This document shows, piece after piece, positions 24,901 through 37,794 of a stretch of DNA of 64,000 nucleotides. The stretch is from positions 8,463,599 through 8,527,598 of the forward strand of contig CAJINV010000001.1 in the NCBI GenBank assembly GCA_905178155.1, read 5' to 3'. The notes under the pieces are model-generated. The model was not told where the DNA came from. It saw only the letters and a list, made by a program, of their open reading frames with translations, and searched no databases. Source of the stretch: Amoebophrya sp. A120 (taxonomy: Eukaryota; Protista; Dinoflagellata). Both the position numbers and the translations under genes were made by a program. Position 1 is the first letter of the stretch. The number at the start of each line of letters is the position of its first letter.

Positions 24901-27900
24901 TCCGCGCCGGTGCTGTTCTTCTTTCAATCTCGAGTAAGTCTTGGCACGGGAATTCAATCTTCGCATGATTTTCAGGTCCGCGACTCGTCGGATTCGCCTT
25001 TCGTGCAGAATAATTGGCTGAGCCTCATTGTCGCCGATACGCGGGATCCGGTAACCGCCGAGGCGCGGGGAGTGACTTTGGCACAGTGCCTGGAGTATCT
25101 CGAGGACTTGAAAGTGTACGAGTCGCAACCGTTCTACTTCTTCCAGAAGCGGCTAGAAGAGGCCCCGAGCAAGCGATACCCGAAGCTGGGGGAGTACGTC
25201 CCCGTGGACGCGGAGAAGGAAGTGGGCAACCAGTGGCTCGTGAAGAACTACAAGGTGGATGCAAAAATCCTCCGGCGAGTCTGTGATGTTTTCACGAGCT
25301 GTCAGAGCACCAAGCCGGAGTTTCCGGTGCGGAAGGCGGAGTTCATCATGCAGCTGAAGCAAAAGGCAAGCCTGCTGGCGGACCTGCACAAAACACCGGT
25401 CATGATGGTGGAGGGCGGCGGGGAAAAAAGTATAAGATGTGTAGTTGCTGCAATGAGTTATCAGCTGATGTATAGTCGTACGTATGATTGTGTATAGGTT
25501 TTAAGCAGACCCTCTAAAAAACCACAGCAACAGTAACCATTCTAAACCAAACCCCAGGTTCTCTCTCGCCACTTTGGGCAGAGATCATTCCTGGCCTGGC
25601 TGGCTACAGTAAAGACATGCTGCAGTGGTCGGACGTTTTGGAGGTGGTAAAGGCAAGGTGTGACGTCTACAAGGCTATCACGGACGGCAAGCAGGCGGCA
25701 AAAGATGCTCCCGGAGAGAGTGCCACGAAAAAATCGCCTCCAAGCAAAAAGAAGATGAAGTACGAGCCCATAGTGGTCACGACCGCGGAAGACGACGACC
25801 TCCCGGCCGCGGCGAAGGAACTCCAGGCAATGGTGCAGTCCATCGAACGTGGAGACCAGGATGGCCGCTTTGCTTCTACGTCGCCGGAGAAGGGCGGCCC
25901 AGGTTCTTTTTTTCTTCGGGAAAGGGATGATTTTAGTTTTTCCGATTGTCATGCAATTTGTTAGAAACTTCAGCGAGTGTCAGTGTGAGCTTTTGCTTTA
26001 TCGCCGTTCAATAAGTATTTTGAAACTCCACCTCCTACTGCCCAGGCTCGCCTGCGCCCTTCGTAGCGCCAATCGTAACGCAACCCGGCGACGAGTACTC
26101 ACCCAACAAAAAGGGGCGGTCCCTGTCCCCCATCCCGCCCGCGGAGAGCTTCGATCTGGTGAGACGGACGCAAGACTTTTCGCTCGTCAAGGGTCCGGAA
26201 CTCGCTGACATGATCGATAACACACTGGATGTAGAGGACCCGGCAACGGAAGCCCAGAACCGCGCGCTCATGCCGGTGGGCAAGTTGCAGCTCGTGCTTG
26301 ACGCAGACTACTCGGCGTTTCTACAGGCCAGCCAACCGGAAACGCGGCTCGAGGCGGTGCGGAGAAGGGTGTGCACGGTATTATATTTGAAAAAAGGTCT
26401 TTGACGATGCAACATCTCCTGTCAGCCGGATTTGTCTATGAAGTAGAGGAAGTTCTTTTCTACGTACTACTGCGACAAAACCAGGCGCGAGTAGTGAATT
26501 AGACTCCTAGAAGTTCTGATGTTCTAGACCTTCATTGAAGTAATTCTAAAATGCGTGCAGGTCCTCGAGCTGGACCCCACGTGCGTAAGCCTGAAGTCGC
26601 TCTCCCGCAAGAACGGGCTCCTGCAACTCGACCTGGAAACCGAGCAAGTGAGCCCGGACTCGGCGGACAAGCGGCTCGGGTTCGCGACCCAGGGGAGTTT
26701 TGACTTGAACGGCGTGATTGGGTACAGAGTAGTCGATCTCCGGTTCCAGGGCCGGGTCTTCATCGAGGACGGCGAGAAGATCTACCTCCGGCCCAACGTG
26801 GCCACCTTCGGCAGTACCGGCGACAGTATAGCACCCGCCGCTGGACAAACGCAATTCCCAGCAGGGCGGGGAAACAAAACTTTGTCCAAGGAAGAACTCA
26901 CCGAGGAGGAGCGGAAGTACGCGGACTGGTCAAGTTCGCGCAACGTGCTGGAAAAACATGGGGAGAAGTATGCAAGTACACCGAGCCTGATCAAAATGCC
27001 TTCCTTTGCCGCCCCAGACAACTACTGGGAATTGAGGCGTATAGTTCTGGTTCAGAAGATGAAGAATAAATTACGGTGGCCTGATAGATTCATGATGTTG
27101 TGACAACCCTAGCGTGCGCCGGGTTCATCTTCGAAGAACTTGCTGCGGAGATCAACGCACTGCCTTGTTTTTGCGTCGTTCTTGCGTGATAATGATCACG
27201 AGGTCTTGTTGCACTGATCCAACATTTTTGTTTTATCAATCGAAAAAATTTACAGAGGGCACGCGCATCCGCGACCGGCGGCTGAACACCATGATATCGG
27301 AGCGCGACAAGGAACAAACCGGAAGCACCAAATTTGTCGCGAATCCAGTTCCGCAACACATCTACCTGCCGCGGTATTCCCAGCTGGACCTGGCGGAGAA
27401 GGCGAGAAGATCTAGCGCGAAAAATCTCGCGCGCCTGAATTACACAAACGAAATATCCTGAGTAAAAACGTCCCCACACCAGAGTCAAGATGGGGACTCG
27501 GCTAGACAAATCCACAAATTTTGGCTGTTTTGCATGACAAATTTGAACTCGTAGTCTAGTGCTGTTTGACCTACCTCAGCAGCATCACAGATCTACTATA
27601 TGATGCTGATTGGAGCATGACAAATTCCAAAACACGACTGCGACAAGCTCTTTATGGGGCTCCGCATGAGAAACATTTTCACCATGCAGATCTGCATCAT
27701 TGTGATGGCACTTAGGAGTCCGCCTGACCCACCCGCCCTGCGTCTCAGGCCATCTGCGGCTATGGCACAATGGGGGGGCAAAGTGTGTCGCATTTTGTTT
27801 AGCATGACAACTCTGGGGTGGGGACGTTTTTACACAGGATACGAAACCACCGGGGAACAAAAGAACAACGCAACCACCGAGCGGCCCGCGACGACACGGG

Positions 27901-29305
27901 GCCGGTCCCTCTCCCGCGGGGGCGAGAGAGACATCAGTAGCTCGGAGACAAAACGCATGCGCAGCCAGAGCGCCGACGCGGGAAAGAATGCTGCGCAACC
28001 GGTTCTCACGTGGGACACGGTGAATAAGAACTACCAAGAGAGCAGTAAGTACCAGCTGTACAAGGCAAATCGCTCCGCTTCCGTTCCACCAAAGTATGAC
28101 AAAGTGTACCAGGCCTTGTATGCGGACAAACTCGCAGATGATGAGGAGAAGGTGCAAAAACCCTTCGTGGCAAACGGATTTAAGTGCGGAAAGCCGCTGC
28201 CACAGAAACAAGAGGAACCGGAATGGCCCCTGAAGGTCAAGGAAGTCCCAAACTTTCGCCAGATACACGTCAGGAACCAGAGGCAGTTTGTGGAGAAAAA
28301 GTATTGTTTTGGATGTCATGTTGCCACCTCAACTGGTGCATCGTCTGTTTCTGTGGAATACTTGGCATACGCCGTTTTCATTTGCAGGTTCTTGTGCGTA
28401 GAATAATTGGTTTTCAAAACAATTTTCAACACCCCAACACACCATGGGACGACCGAATCTTTTGTCAATTGAATGGGAACAAATCATGCATGATCACAGG
28501 CAGGCGTACAAGCAGGCATTGGGCGTGACCGCGGGGAAGGCGTTCAATTTCACGGCGAAAAAGCGGCTGATCCGTGCGCCCCCGGTAGACGAGACGGACC
28601 TGCGGTGGCAGAAAGCGACCGGCACGGTGAAGAAGCCACGGGGGCAGAGCTCCTTTTCGCGCCCGAATCTGATCGAATCGGAAAAACCCAACGTGATGCC
28701 CCCAAAGACGACGGCCAAAACGCTGCAGCAACGGCAGCACACGGCGCAAAGGATACGAGAAAGACAACAGCGGGAAGACGAGCGCAAACGTGAACTGGAG
28801 AGCTATTTACCGAGCGAAGACACTAAGGAACGCGTGCAGGCCACGCTGAATAAGGAGAAAAGCACGCAGGGTAGGATAAACTGCATTGATTTGTTTTGAA
28901 CTACGGGCTGAAAAGGAATAAATTCAACAGATTTTTGGTCGGTGCGTGCTGCATTTTTGCACGGTAGGGGAAGAAGTACTTCTGAGTACCCTAGTGCAAA
29001 TCAATTTGCCGTGTGAAGATGTTTCCGAAAAATGAAAATCAGCGATGGAGCTCGAGCGCCGCACGTACGAGTTTCGCATGGGCCAGATCGCCACGGAAAA
29101 GCGGTGGAAGAAGCAGCTGAAGGAAATCAAGGAAAAGCTGAACAATCGCCCCCTCCTGATGGAGCGCACGCAAATGGAGCAGGCCCGGGAGCGGGCGAGA
29201 CAGCGGGCGCTGCTGCGGGTGAAGGCCACCATGGAGCAAAAAGGCGTCAAAAACGTGGACGCCCACTTCAAAATCGAGGAGCTGAACATGATGGAAGGAC
29301 TGTAG
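21990..29305 (+). CDS. Large multi-exon coiled-coil protein with EF-hand-like region and FAM161/UPF0564-like C-terminus (could be more than one gene)
   Basis: Chain of GC3-rich exons joined by GT-AG introns and three introners. C-terminal KPFVAN..VPNFRQIH..NNRPLLMER resembles FAM161 motifs as recalled; LDQEGTGFVSLSEF is an EF-like loop. Confidence 0.6.
22151..22389. mobile_element. Degenerate introner family H (TSD attgc/actgc) with internal ~51-bp tandem duplication
   Basis: Left end tatcctgttcaaaagtatagtact matches the 47253 element; the join gives ADIAGMNHQ in frame; duplicated unit at ~22202-22303. Confidence 0.8.
22630..22937. mobile_element. Degenerate introner family B (TSD cactt/caccg)
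   Basis: Colinear homology with 18760-19069; ends tgtaata; the join gives KDALMAEYGG in frame. Confidence 0.85.
27454..27841. mobile_element. Introner family D, long variant (TSD cgaaa)
   Basis: TIR tatcctgagtaaaaacgtccccacaccagagt / actctggggtggggacgtttttacacaggata; the join gives NYTNETTGEQ. Confidence 0.95.
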
Positions 29306-30814
29306 GACGAGCGGTGTACTATCCCGCTGACTTGGTTGGGTACTCGGTTTTTACAAATCAAAAATAGGAAAAATAAAGTAAGGCTTATGAATAAAGTAAC
29401 TTCATTTGAAGCTTTTTGCAAAAAAAGCTGGAAATAATTTTTCCAAAAGTCTTTCAAGTTTCAAGAATTTTATAAAGGTTTCATATGGAGTTCTTTTGGT
29501 GCACCGAATTTCGGCTGATTTTGCTGCGGTATGTGTCACGAGCACTGGTGGAGTAGTTTATCCGCCACGTTCTGATGTTAGCTTTTATTTTGCAGGTTAC
29601 TTGCTATTTGTATTCGCTTTATCACAACTCAGATGATCTTTAGGATGCAGCAGCTCTCACGTCTTGTCCGAGCTTGCTGGCACAACTACCAGTCTTTTAC
29701 CAGGTTTCGTCACACGAACTAGTATCGGTTTAATTGCTATGGCAAACTAACGATTTACCCGAATTGCAGACGGTTGCCCCGTCGATTTTGATTAACGAAA
29801 GTTAGTATCTCAAAAACTATGAAATACAACTTTCAAAGTTTCGCAATTACAACATCGTACAGTAGCTATGTTTTACGCTTCGACCAGCTTTCTCAAACTT
29901 CATCTACACAGGCTCAGTTTTCGTGTAATTTCCATTATAGATAGAGATTCTTACCCTTTTTTCACGCGCTTTTTTTTTTTCGTTTTTATCGCACCCAGGA
30001 AGACCAGAGCGCAGAGCGATCTCCTCTCGACGTGTGAAAATGCGTTTTTTTCGAATTTGTTTTCCTATACTTTATCGTTGAAGAATTTGGTATATCACTT
30101 GACTTCTTGTTTCGATTATCTGCAGCTACAAAATTTTAACAATATGGGACTTTCGTTTCAAATGCACAGGACCACGCCGGCCGTTGATTTGAACAGAAAC
30201 AGATTTGCATTTGAGATTTGCCACTGCCATATTGATCCTGAATGTTGCTCATTCAGTTGACACTTGAAAGGCAAGCTGAACAGAATTTGAATTGTTGTCG
30301 TGAGCTACAATTTTACAACATAGAAATCGAACACAGTGAAAGGGGTGGTTATATCAACAGGTATCCATTGCCTCGGGAACAAGGCCATGCTGTAACGTGA
30401 TGGGCTTCTTGGAAGCTAGAAGGTTGTTTTGTAACGGGCTTCTTGCGGCGCGTTATGAAGATACAGATCAGTCGATAAAGGAATGTTAGAAAAATCTCCG
30501 TTGTCGTTGACACTTCGTTTTCGTTTGGGGCCCGTGGGAAAGGGAAAGGCAACGCTTCCCGTTGGGCGATGGGTCGCAGGAGTCGTATTCTAAATGGTTG
30601 CTTGCTTTAGTCGTATTCTCGTTGGGAAGTGGTTGCTTGCTGGCCTCGTTGGGAAATTATCTAAATGGTTGCTTGCTGGCCTCGTCGTGAACCGGTTCGT
30701 GGAATGGTGGGGAGAAAATTTTTCTGCAGTTTCTGTAGTCTAATGAAGAATGCGCAGCTCAGGTTCCACCAAGTGCGTCGTGTCTGTAATCTCTAGTGTA
30801 GGTTTTGTTTATAG

Positions 30815-32830
30815 TTGTCTTCTGTACAAGACAACATGGTTGCGCCGTCGCCGGTAAAAATCGGGGCTGTGACACCGGTCGACGGAACAAAAGTGGCCGC
30901 ACAGGTGAAGGCGCAGAATGAAGATCCAGCTGCAATCACGGTGCTTTTCTCGAAAATGAAAATATCTGGAGCCAACTCCATTTTCAGTTGGCTTTTCGTG
31001 CACCCGCTCGGAAGTGGTGCAGCCGAAAATGCTGCAAAGACCCTCAATGCAACGCTCCACCTTCCAGCAGAGACCTTTGTCGCGAACGCCATCAAGAATA
31101 AGATGGTCCAGCCCTGGGCGACCGGCGCCTGGAACCGAATGCTGGCGGTAGTCTTGGTCACGCTCGTGATGGGCTGGTACCCGATCATCGTGTTCGTTTT
31201 GCCGAATTTCATCACCTGGCACCCCAACCCGGAGCACAACTTCGCCTGCTACTTCGTCGGAAATCTGCCCATGATGTGGCAGCGATTTGCTCGTAATAAA
31301 ATTCTATGGCGTTCTTTCGTTTGTTTCTGAGTTCTCTGTCGTTTTTCTCAATAGTACTAGATGTAGTTCTACTCTTATGGTTTTACTCATATCCGAAAAA
31401 AATTACGCAGCACGATGATAAAGTCGAGTCATGTGGAGGTCTTTACACAACAACAAAATTTTACCGTTTCCCAAATAAATTGTTCCAGTTTTCCCAATTC
31501 CGCACCTGGTGATTTTCTGGAGTTTCGCGGTTCTCCGTTTCCCCGGCACCACCTGCTGGAATTGGTACCAGCGGATTTTCCACTTCGTCTGGGGCGGCGT
31601 GATGCCCGTCATTTACGCGCTCGACGAGGTGTACGGGTCACCGCTGGATGAGTACGGGATTCCCGAGTCTTCCCCCACGCACAAGCTGGTATTCACCATC
31701 GGTCTCGTCATTTCCCACCTTGCCTTCTTCACGTCCGCGGTAGTGTCGATCTACGACGCGCGGCAAGCGCGGAACAGTTTCCGGGAATGGAAAGAAGAAC
31801 TGGCAGACCAGTTGCTCTTCGTGGACAGGTATCCACCGCAAAAGTATACTCGCGCTCGTAGTGAAATTGCAGTTATGCAGGGGAAATCTCGCCACGACGC
31901 GCTGGCTGGTCCAGGTTGATGGGCTTTATTTTTCAGATTGAAAAACAAAAAATTTGCGATGCCAAAGAATATACCCAGTATCTTTGCGATGCATACTAGC
32001 AACGTCGGCGTTATCGAGGACGAAACCATCGAAGAGGACGAGCTGGAGTTACGCATTGCAAATATGTCTGAGCAGTCTGGGTGTGAATTTGTGCTGCGAG
32101 ATCTGAAGGTGCGAATTAAACCGTAAGAAGCCTCGCAAGAGGACTTCTAAGACAGTTGATGTTCTAGTTCTGTCCTACTAGCGGCCGCTCTGCGACGCGA
32201 GTATTAGCAACACAAATTTCCAGAGTCCAGTCCCAGACATAATATTTGCATTCGACAATAGTATCTCAACGTCAACAGTGTTGAAAGTACTCATCATGGC
32301 AGTAGTGTGTTCAACAAGCGAATAACTTCTCCCGGTGCAGCAGCGCCAGCGCGGAATATCCCACCTATTCCTCACAAAGAGAAACTCGCTTACTACGACG
32401 ATGTGCGCAAATCGTACGAAAAGGCAGTTCTCGTCCTGTCCTTCATTGGCCTCGTGGGCTTCGTGTGCGTAGTGCGGAGTGTGCAGTTGCTGTGGAATGC
32501 GGGCGTTGGAGGCTGCTTTCTGAACCAGTATAGAGATGCGGAGCCTCTGCGTTTATTTTTTTTTCATGCTGCGCAGCTATTGTTCTTGACATGAAACAAG
32601 AATGGTTTTTAGCATGCTGAAATGAACCTATCAGTTCGGCAGCGCAACTAAAGAAAAAACCCACACATTTTAAATTTCAGAATTGTCGGCGTCACCTCTG
32701 TGCAAAACCAGTGTCACTGCGAGTCGGCCACACTTTGGTCCTGCTTCTTCATGATGTTTTGGTTCTACGTCGGCAGCTTTCTCCCACTCTGCGCCCTGGA
32801 TACCTGCACGTAAAATCAACCGTCGGAGTT
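30815..32830 (+). CDS. Multi-exon polytopic membrane protein of unknown function (ends approximate)
   Basis: Hydrophobic ORF segments 30815-31292, 31489-~31829, ~31938-32108 and ~32340-32580 with GT-AG junctions (e.g. 31293-31488). Confidence 0.6.
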
Positions 32831-33719
32831 GTGGAGGAGCACGGTCTGAATTCTGAATCGGGGCGGACACTTTTTTACTCCTCGTATTTATTTTTAAATG
32901 AAAGAACTGCCCGAGCCAGGAGGAGTCTCAACTGTACCTTTTCTTGAATTCGTTTGTAAGTAGATTTGAGAATAAACTTTTCCTAGAAAATTAATACAGC
33001 CATGTGCTTATTATCTGTCATGGTTTCAAAGCCGGATGAAAATGAATATGGACCTTGTGGTTTCTACTTGAACTAGCCAAGTATCGCTGCATGTGTCAAG
33101 CAACCCGAGAAAGTAGAAACTTGAAACCGACAGACCCCGGATTTTCTTGCTTGACCTAGAGGGGACATTGGGAAGTAGGTCACGGGTCACAGCAGGCGTC
33201 GTATAAATTCATGTTTTCGACGGTACAGAAGTGGGAAACGTACTACTTACAGAGAGAGTGGTGCCTTTTGCGTGTGAGCCGGGAGAGATAAGAGACAAGG
33301 GTCTGGCCAGTACGACGAGCAAGTGAGGGGCAGTGGAGCGTGTTTTTGGACGAGATGGCATAAAAGCAAAAAATGTGGCCTCCGAACATAAATCAATATC
33401 TCGTGACAAGATGTTTCGCTGGAATTTTTGGATGTTGCCTTGATTGGGAGCGAAGCCGGCGAAAGTCCGCTCATGGACGTCGATCCACCGCCCTGGCAGC
33501 TTGACGGAAGAAGTACCTCGTAGGAAAAATGCGGCGGCGTAGGAAGGGCGTGGAGCAGTAGCGAGAAACGTTCTCACGGGAGGACGCTGAAAACGACCAC
33601 GCCGATCGAGGAGAAGGAGAGGAAAAGTAAGATCATCTTTTTCTTGTCGCGGCTGTGTGGTCCACGACTTCTTCTACTGCGGGCGTTGGTGCTGCTCCAG
33701 AACAAAGAGGACTTGCACA

Positions 33720-36700
33720 ATGGGGGGCTGCTGCGCAAAAGCGAAGGACCCGGTGGGGTGGCAGCCGGTAGTGGACCTCAGGGATCGGACGAGCCAGCGG
33801 GAGCTGAGATCGAAAAAGTCCGTGCGATATCATACATCACAGATATTCGATGAGGACTATTCATTGGAGAACGAGGTGTGAGTTTGTTTCTCTTGATGCA
33901 ATGATTTCTTGCATTTTTTGTAATGTCGAATCTGCAGGGAGAAAAAACAAAAAGCCTTCGAAACAAAAAAAAGAAGATGCAGAAGATAGCAAAAACTACA
34001 TAAGAAAATAACCTCTCGCACGCCCTGATATACTAAATACAATATCAGGAAGTGCTCGGTAGTGGCTACAACGGGATGGTGAAAGTTTGCGTTTCGCGCG
34101 TGACCGGGGAGCGATGCGCCGTGAAGTCCTTCACGAAGCAAGTTTCGACCACGAGAAGTTCAAAGTCCCCCGGCAGCGACGACGACGACCCGCATCGACA
34201 GCTACTGAAAAACGAGTGCGAGATCTACCTCGCATTAGACCACCCAAACATCGCCCGGTTATGAGAGTGCACAGCTCCCCCTCTCCCTTATTTGTAATGC
34301 AAAATGCCAAATCCATGCCTTGCCTCTAGGCTCTCTCTGCATGACAGATTTCGGAAGCGCAAACAGTACTAGACTAGGCGCATAAATTTGTCATGCGTAG
34401 GCTCCACGTGTGCTGGTGTTTGTATAGCTGTTCAAGCCATACAAATGAGGGGGTGGGGGAGTTGTGCACTCTCATACCGGTTGATCGACTGTTACGAGGA
34501 CCAGTTTTCCATCTACTTTGTGATGGAACTTTGTTCCGGCGGCGAGCTGTACGCGCGGCTGATCGCTCAGAAGCAGTATTCTGAGTCCGATGCACAGGCC
34601 GCGGTGAAGCAGATGCTGCTAGTTATCACAGTAGAGATGAAGAATACAGTAGAGCCATAGAAGTTGTCTTCCAGAAAAAAAATTGATTTGCATTGCGGGC
34701 CATGATCTGCGCCCCTTTTTGTTGTCCGCATATGTTGATACAGGATTTTTTTTGTTGACAGGACTGTGGCAAAAATGTGATTTCTTTTTCTGGCACTCAA
34801 CGGGTTTGCAGCTTTTCTGTAGGATATAAGCTACCAACTATTTGCACCACCACGGTATCGTGCACCGGGACTTGAAGCTGGAAAATTTTCTCTATTGGGC
34901 GGAGGACAGCGACGTGTTGAAAATGATCGATTTCGGCTTTTCCCACGTGCTGAACGACAAAAAGCCCGTGGTTGCGGCCTGCGGCTCGATTTCCTACATG
35001 GCACCGGAAGTGATCGCGTCCGCCGCGGCGGCGCAGGCGGTGGAAAAAGCAGCCAGTTCTACTTCGTATCCCACAGAAAAAAGCTGGCAGGGCATATTTG
35101 TAATGCAAAAATAAATACACGGAAAAATCTGTCATGGGCGGCCTCATAGCATGCTATTTAGGATATGCAATACAAATTTTCTTGTCAATTTATTTTCGCA
35201 TTACAAATATGACCTGCCAGTTTTTTTCTGTGTGATGCTTCGTCGTCGAAGCCCATACCGCCCGCGGCGGAGAAGGAGGACCCGATCACGGACAAGGTCG
35301 ACATGTGGTCCCTGGGGGTGATCTATCCTCAGTAAAAACGTACCCACGCCAGAGTTGTAATGCAGATTTGCAAAGACAGGAAGACTTGTAATGCGCATCC
35401 CCATGAGAGCCATTTCCAATCGTGTTTTGGAATTTGTAATGCTGTAAACAGGATGAGCAGATGGATTTCTGATGCAGCTGGCCTTGCGAACCTGCACTAC
35501 GCTACGGACTGCAGCTTGTGATGCGTGACTCACAAAACTCCTAGGTTTGTGTTGCAAAATCCCCATCCTGACTCTGGTGTGGGTACGTTTTTACTCAGGA
35601 TATGATCACCTTCATGCTTTTATCCGGCTACCCGCCGTTCTCCGGGGGGCACGAGACGGAGCTGCTGTCGAAAATCCAGAATGCGCAGTACGTGATGATA
35701 CCCGAAAGGTGGCACAACGTGTCGGCCAAGGGCCGCGATTTCGTGGAGAAGTTGCTCGTGGTCTCGAAAACGCAGCGCATGACGGCGGAGGACGCGCTGC
35801 ACCACCCGTGGATAACCGAGGCGATCGCGCCCTTGTCGTCCTCCGCCGGGGTGCAATGGGGAACCGACGTGCTCGGCGGCATTCGAGAGTTTGCGACGGC
35901 AAGCCACTTCAAACGGGCATGTTTGAGTATGATGGCCTGGGGACTCACGCCCAAGGAGCGGGCACAGGTAACAAGAAGTTTAGTTGTACTGGTGTGCGAT
36001 GAGCGATCTGCTGTCCTTGGCAGCACGATGTCAGAACTACGCCTAAATTTTTAACTTGTCTCCAGTGCTGGCGTCAAAAACTACTTACGTACCTCGTCGC
36101 CTGTGGGAGTGAGTACTTACTAGACGTCGTTGCAAGAGACTTCTGGGCTCGGCGCCGTCGTATAGTAAGTTTTTACTCTCCCACAGGTCCGCGACTTGTT
36201 CTATGATCTCGACCGGGAAGGGGACGGCTTCGTCACACTCGACGTGTTCAAGGAGGCCTTGCAGGAGCACTACCCCAGTGTCGCCTCGGAGGAAATAGTA
36301 AGGCTTTTTCACGCGGTCGATACGAACCACTCCGGGAAGATTTATTACAACGATTTTCTCGCAACAATGCTCCAGTTCCGGCTCCACGTGCACGAGTCCC
36401 TGCTTCGACACACCTTCAACCAACTAGACGTCGGGCGGTCGGGAAAAATCACCGTGGAGAACTTGGCAACCATACTCGGAAAAACCTTCGAGGGCGCCAC
36501 CGTCGAGGAGTTCATGGATGAAGTCAAAGGTACAAGAACTTCTGCGACTGTATTAGATTGATGTTGTCGGCGGAACCACGGAGGAAAAGCATTTTTTTGA
36601 CCTGTATAAAAATCGCAGCATATAATTAGAACAATGAGCTGCAAGTCGACGACCAATGACAGTTTATTTGAACGGACGATTGCCGCGTTTGTACTAGTTG

Positions 36701-37794
36701 TGTTCTGGAATAACCAAAAAAAGGTGACCGCAACGGCGAGATATCGTACGAAGATTTCTGCAAGTACCTGGGTTGCGATCCGAATTCGAGCAAGTTGATC
36801 GTCGCCGCGGACGCGCTGCGGGGGGTGTCTCGGGAGGTCTACGAGGAGGTGGACCGCAAGCTGGAGCACCAGGAGGAGGTCGTTTCCAAGCTGTATATCC
36901 TGAGTAAAAACGTCCCCACACCAGAGTCAGGATGGGGATTTTGCAACACAAACCTAGGAGTTTTGTGAGTCACGCATGACAAGTTGCACTCCGCAGTGTA
37001 GTGCAGGTTAGCAAGTGCAGCCGCATCACAGATTCATCTGCTCATCCTGTTCACAGCATCACAAATTCCAAAAGACGATTGGAAATGGCTCTCATGGGGA
37101 TGCGCATTACAAGTCTTCCTGTCTTTGCAAATCTTGGTGTGGGGACGTTTTCACTCAGGATACTGTACCAGGAGGAGGAATCCAAATCCACGGTGAACGT
37201 GTATGGTGCTCTCAACTGTTACATTCTCAACTGTTACATATATTTGTGATGCAAGAATGGCAAAACTGAAGAGGGAAGATTGCGCCTTTTGCATGACAGA
37301 TTCGGCACAGATTCCCAGCCTGTTTGGGCCTTCCAGAATTTGTCTTGCGCAGCAGCTTGATCGCGTCGAATCTGATTGCAGTTTTGCATGACAAATCGTG
37401 TAACAGTTGAGAATGTAACGTTTGAGAACGCCATAACGTGGGCGGGGAGCAGACGGCCCAACAGATAAAGCAGACCGTTTCGGGCAGTACGTGGCCGCGG
37501 GAGGAGAGCAAGCTCGGCACGGCCGCGAAGGTCGCCGGGGAGCAGCAGGCGGCGCAGCTGGGGCTGGCGCACCACCACGGGCCCGAACGACAACCCTCGA
37601 AATCGGGGCTGGTGCCGCCGCCCCAGCTCGGACCGTCCGCGATTCTCGCAGTGTCAAGCAGGGACCATTTGTCGAGGGACAAAATATCCGGGACCGTCAT
37701 GAGTCGGAAGAGCGGTTCGAAAAACACCCCCACCAAAGTTGAGGAGGTACCGGTGGCGTTCGACCCGACAAAGGAGGACGATACGCGGATATAA
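33720..37794 (+). CDS. Calcium-dependent protein kinase (CDPK-like) with N-terminal acylation motif
   Basis: MGGCC N-terminus; LGSGYNGMV, AVK, HPNI, HRDLKLEN, DFG, APE, DMWSLGVI and GYPPF motifs; EF-hands DLDREGDGFV, DTNHSGKI and DVGRSGKI. Six introners plus GT-AG introns. Confidence 0.93.
34260..34476. mobile_element. Introner family F (TSD ccggt)
   Basis: TIR tatgagagtgcacagctcccc / ggggagttgtgcactctcata; the join gives HPNIARLIDCYED. Confidence 0.95.
34624..34826. mobile_element. Highly degenerate introner (TSD remnant ctagt/taagc)
   Basis: tatc...gata ends; the required intron length is 208 = element + 5, giving QMLLATNYLHHHG. Confidence 0.6.
35067..35237. mobile_element. Introner family C (TSD cttcg)
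   Basis: TIR tatcccacagaaaaaagctggcagggcatatttgtaatgc / gcattacaaatatgacctgccagtttttttctgtgtgatg. Confidence 0.94.
35324..35602. mobile_element. Introner family D (TSD tgatc)
   Basis: 32-bp TIR; the join gives WSLGVITFMLLSGYPPF. Confidence 0.96.
36896..37162. mobile_element. Introner family D, opposite orientation to 35324-35602 (TSD ctgta)
   Basis: The internal sequence is the reverse complement of the 35324 copy; the join gives VSKLYQEEES. Confidence 0.96.
37202..37435. mobile_element. Introner family E (TSD acgtg)
   Basis: TIR tatggtgctctcaactgttacattctcaactgttaca / tgtaacagttgagaatgtaacgtttgagaacgccata. Confidence 0.94.

Noticed and set aside
28301-28499. Further introner starting tattgttttg
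   Set aside because: There is no TSD or terminal inverted match at the 3' end, and it is explained as an in-frame GT-AG intron.
30581-30690. Short repeats of tggttgcttgct
   Set aside because: A small local duplication in intergenic DNA with no further structure.
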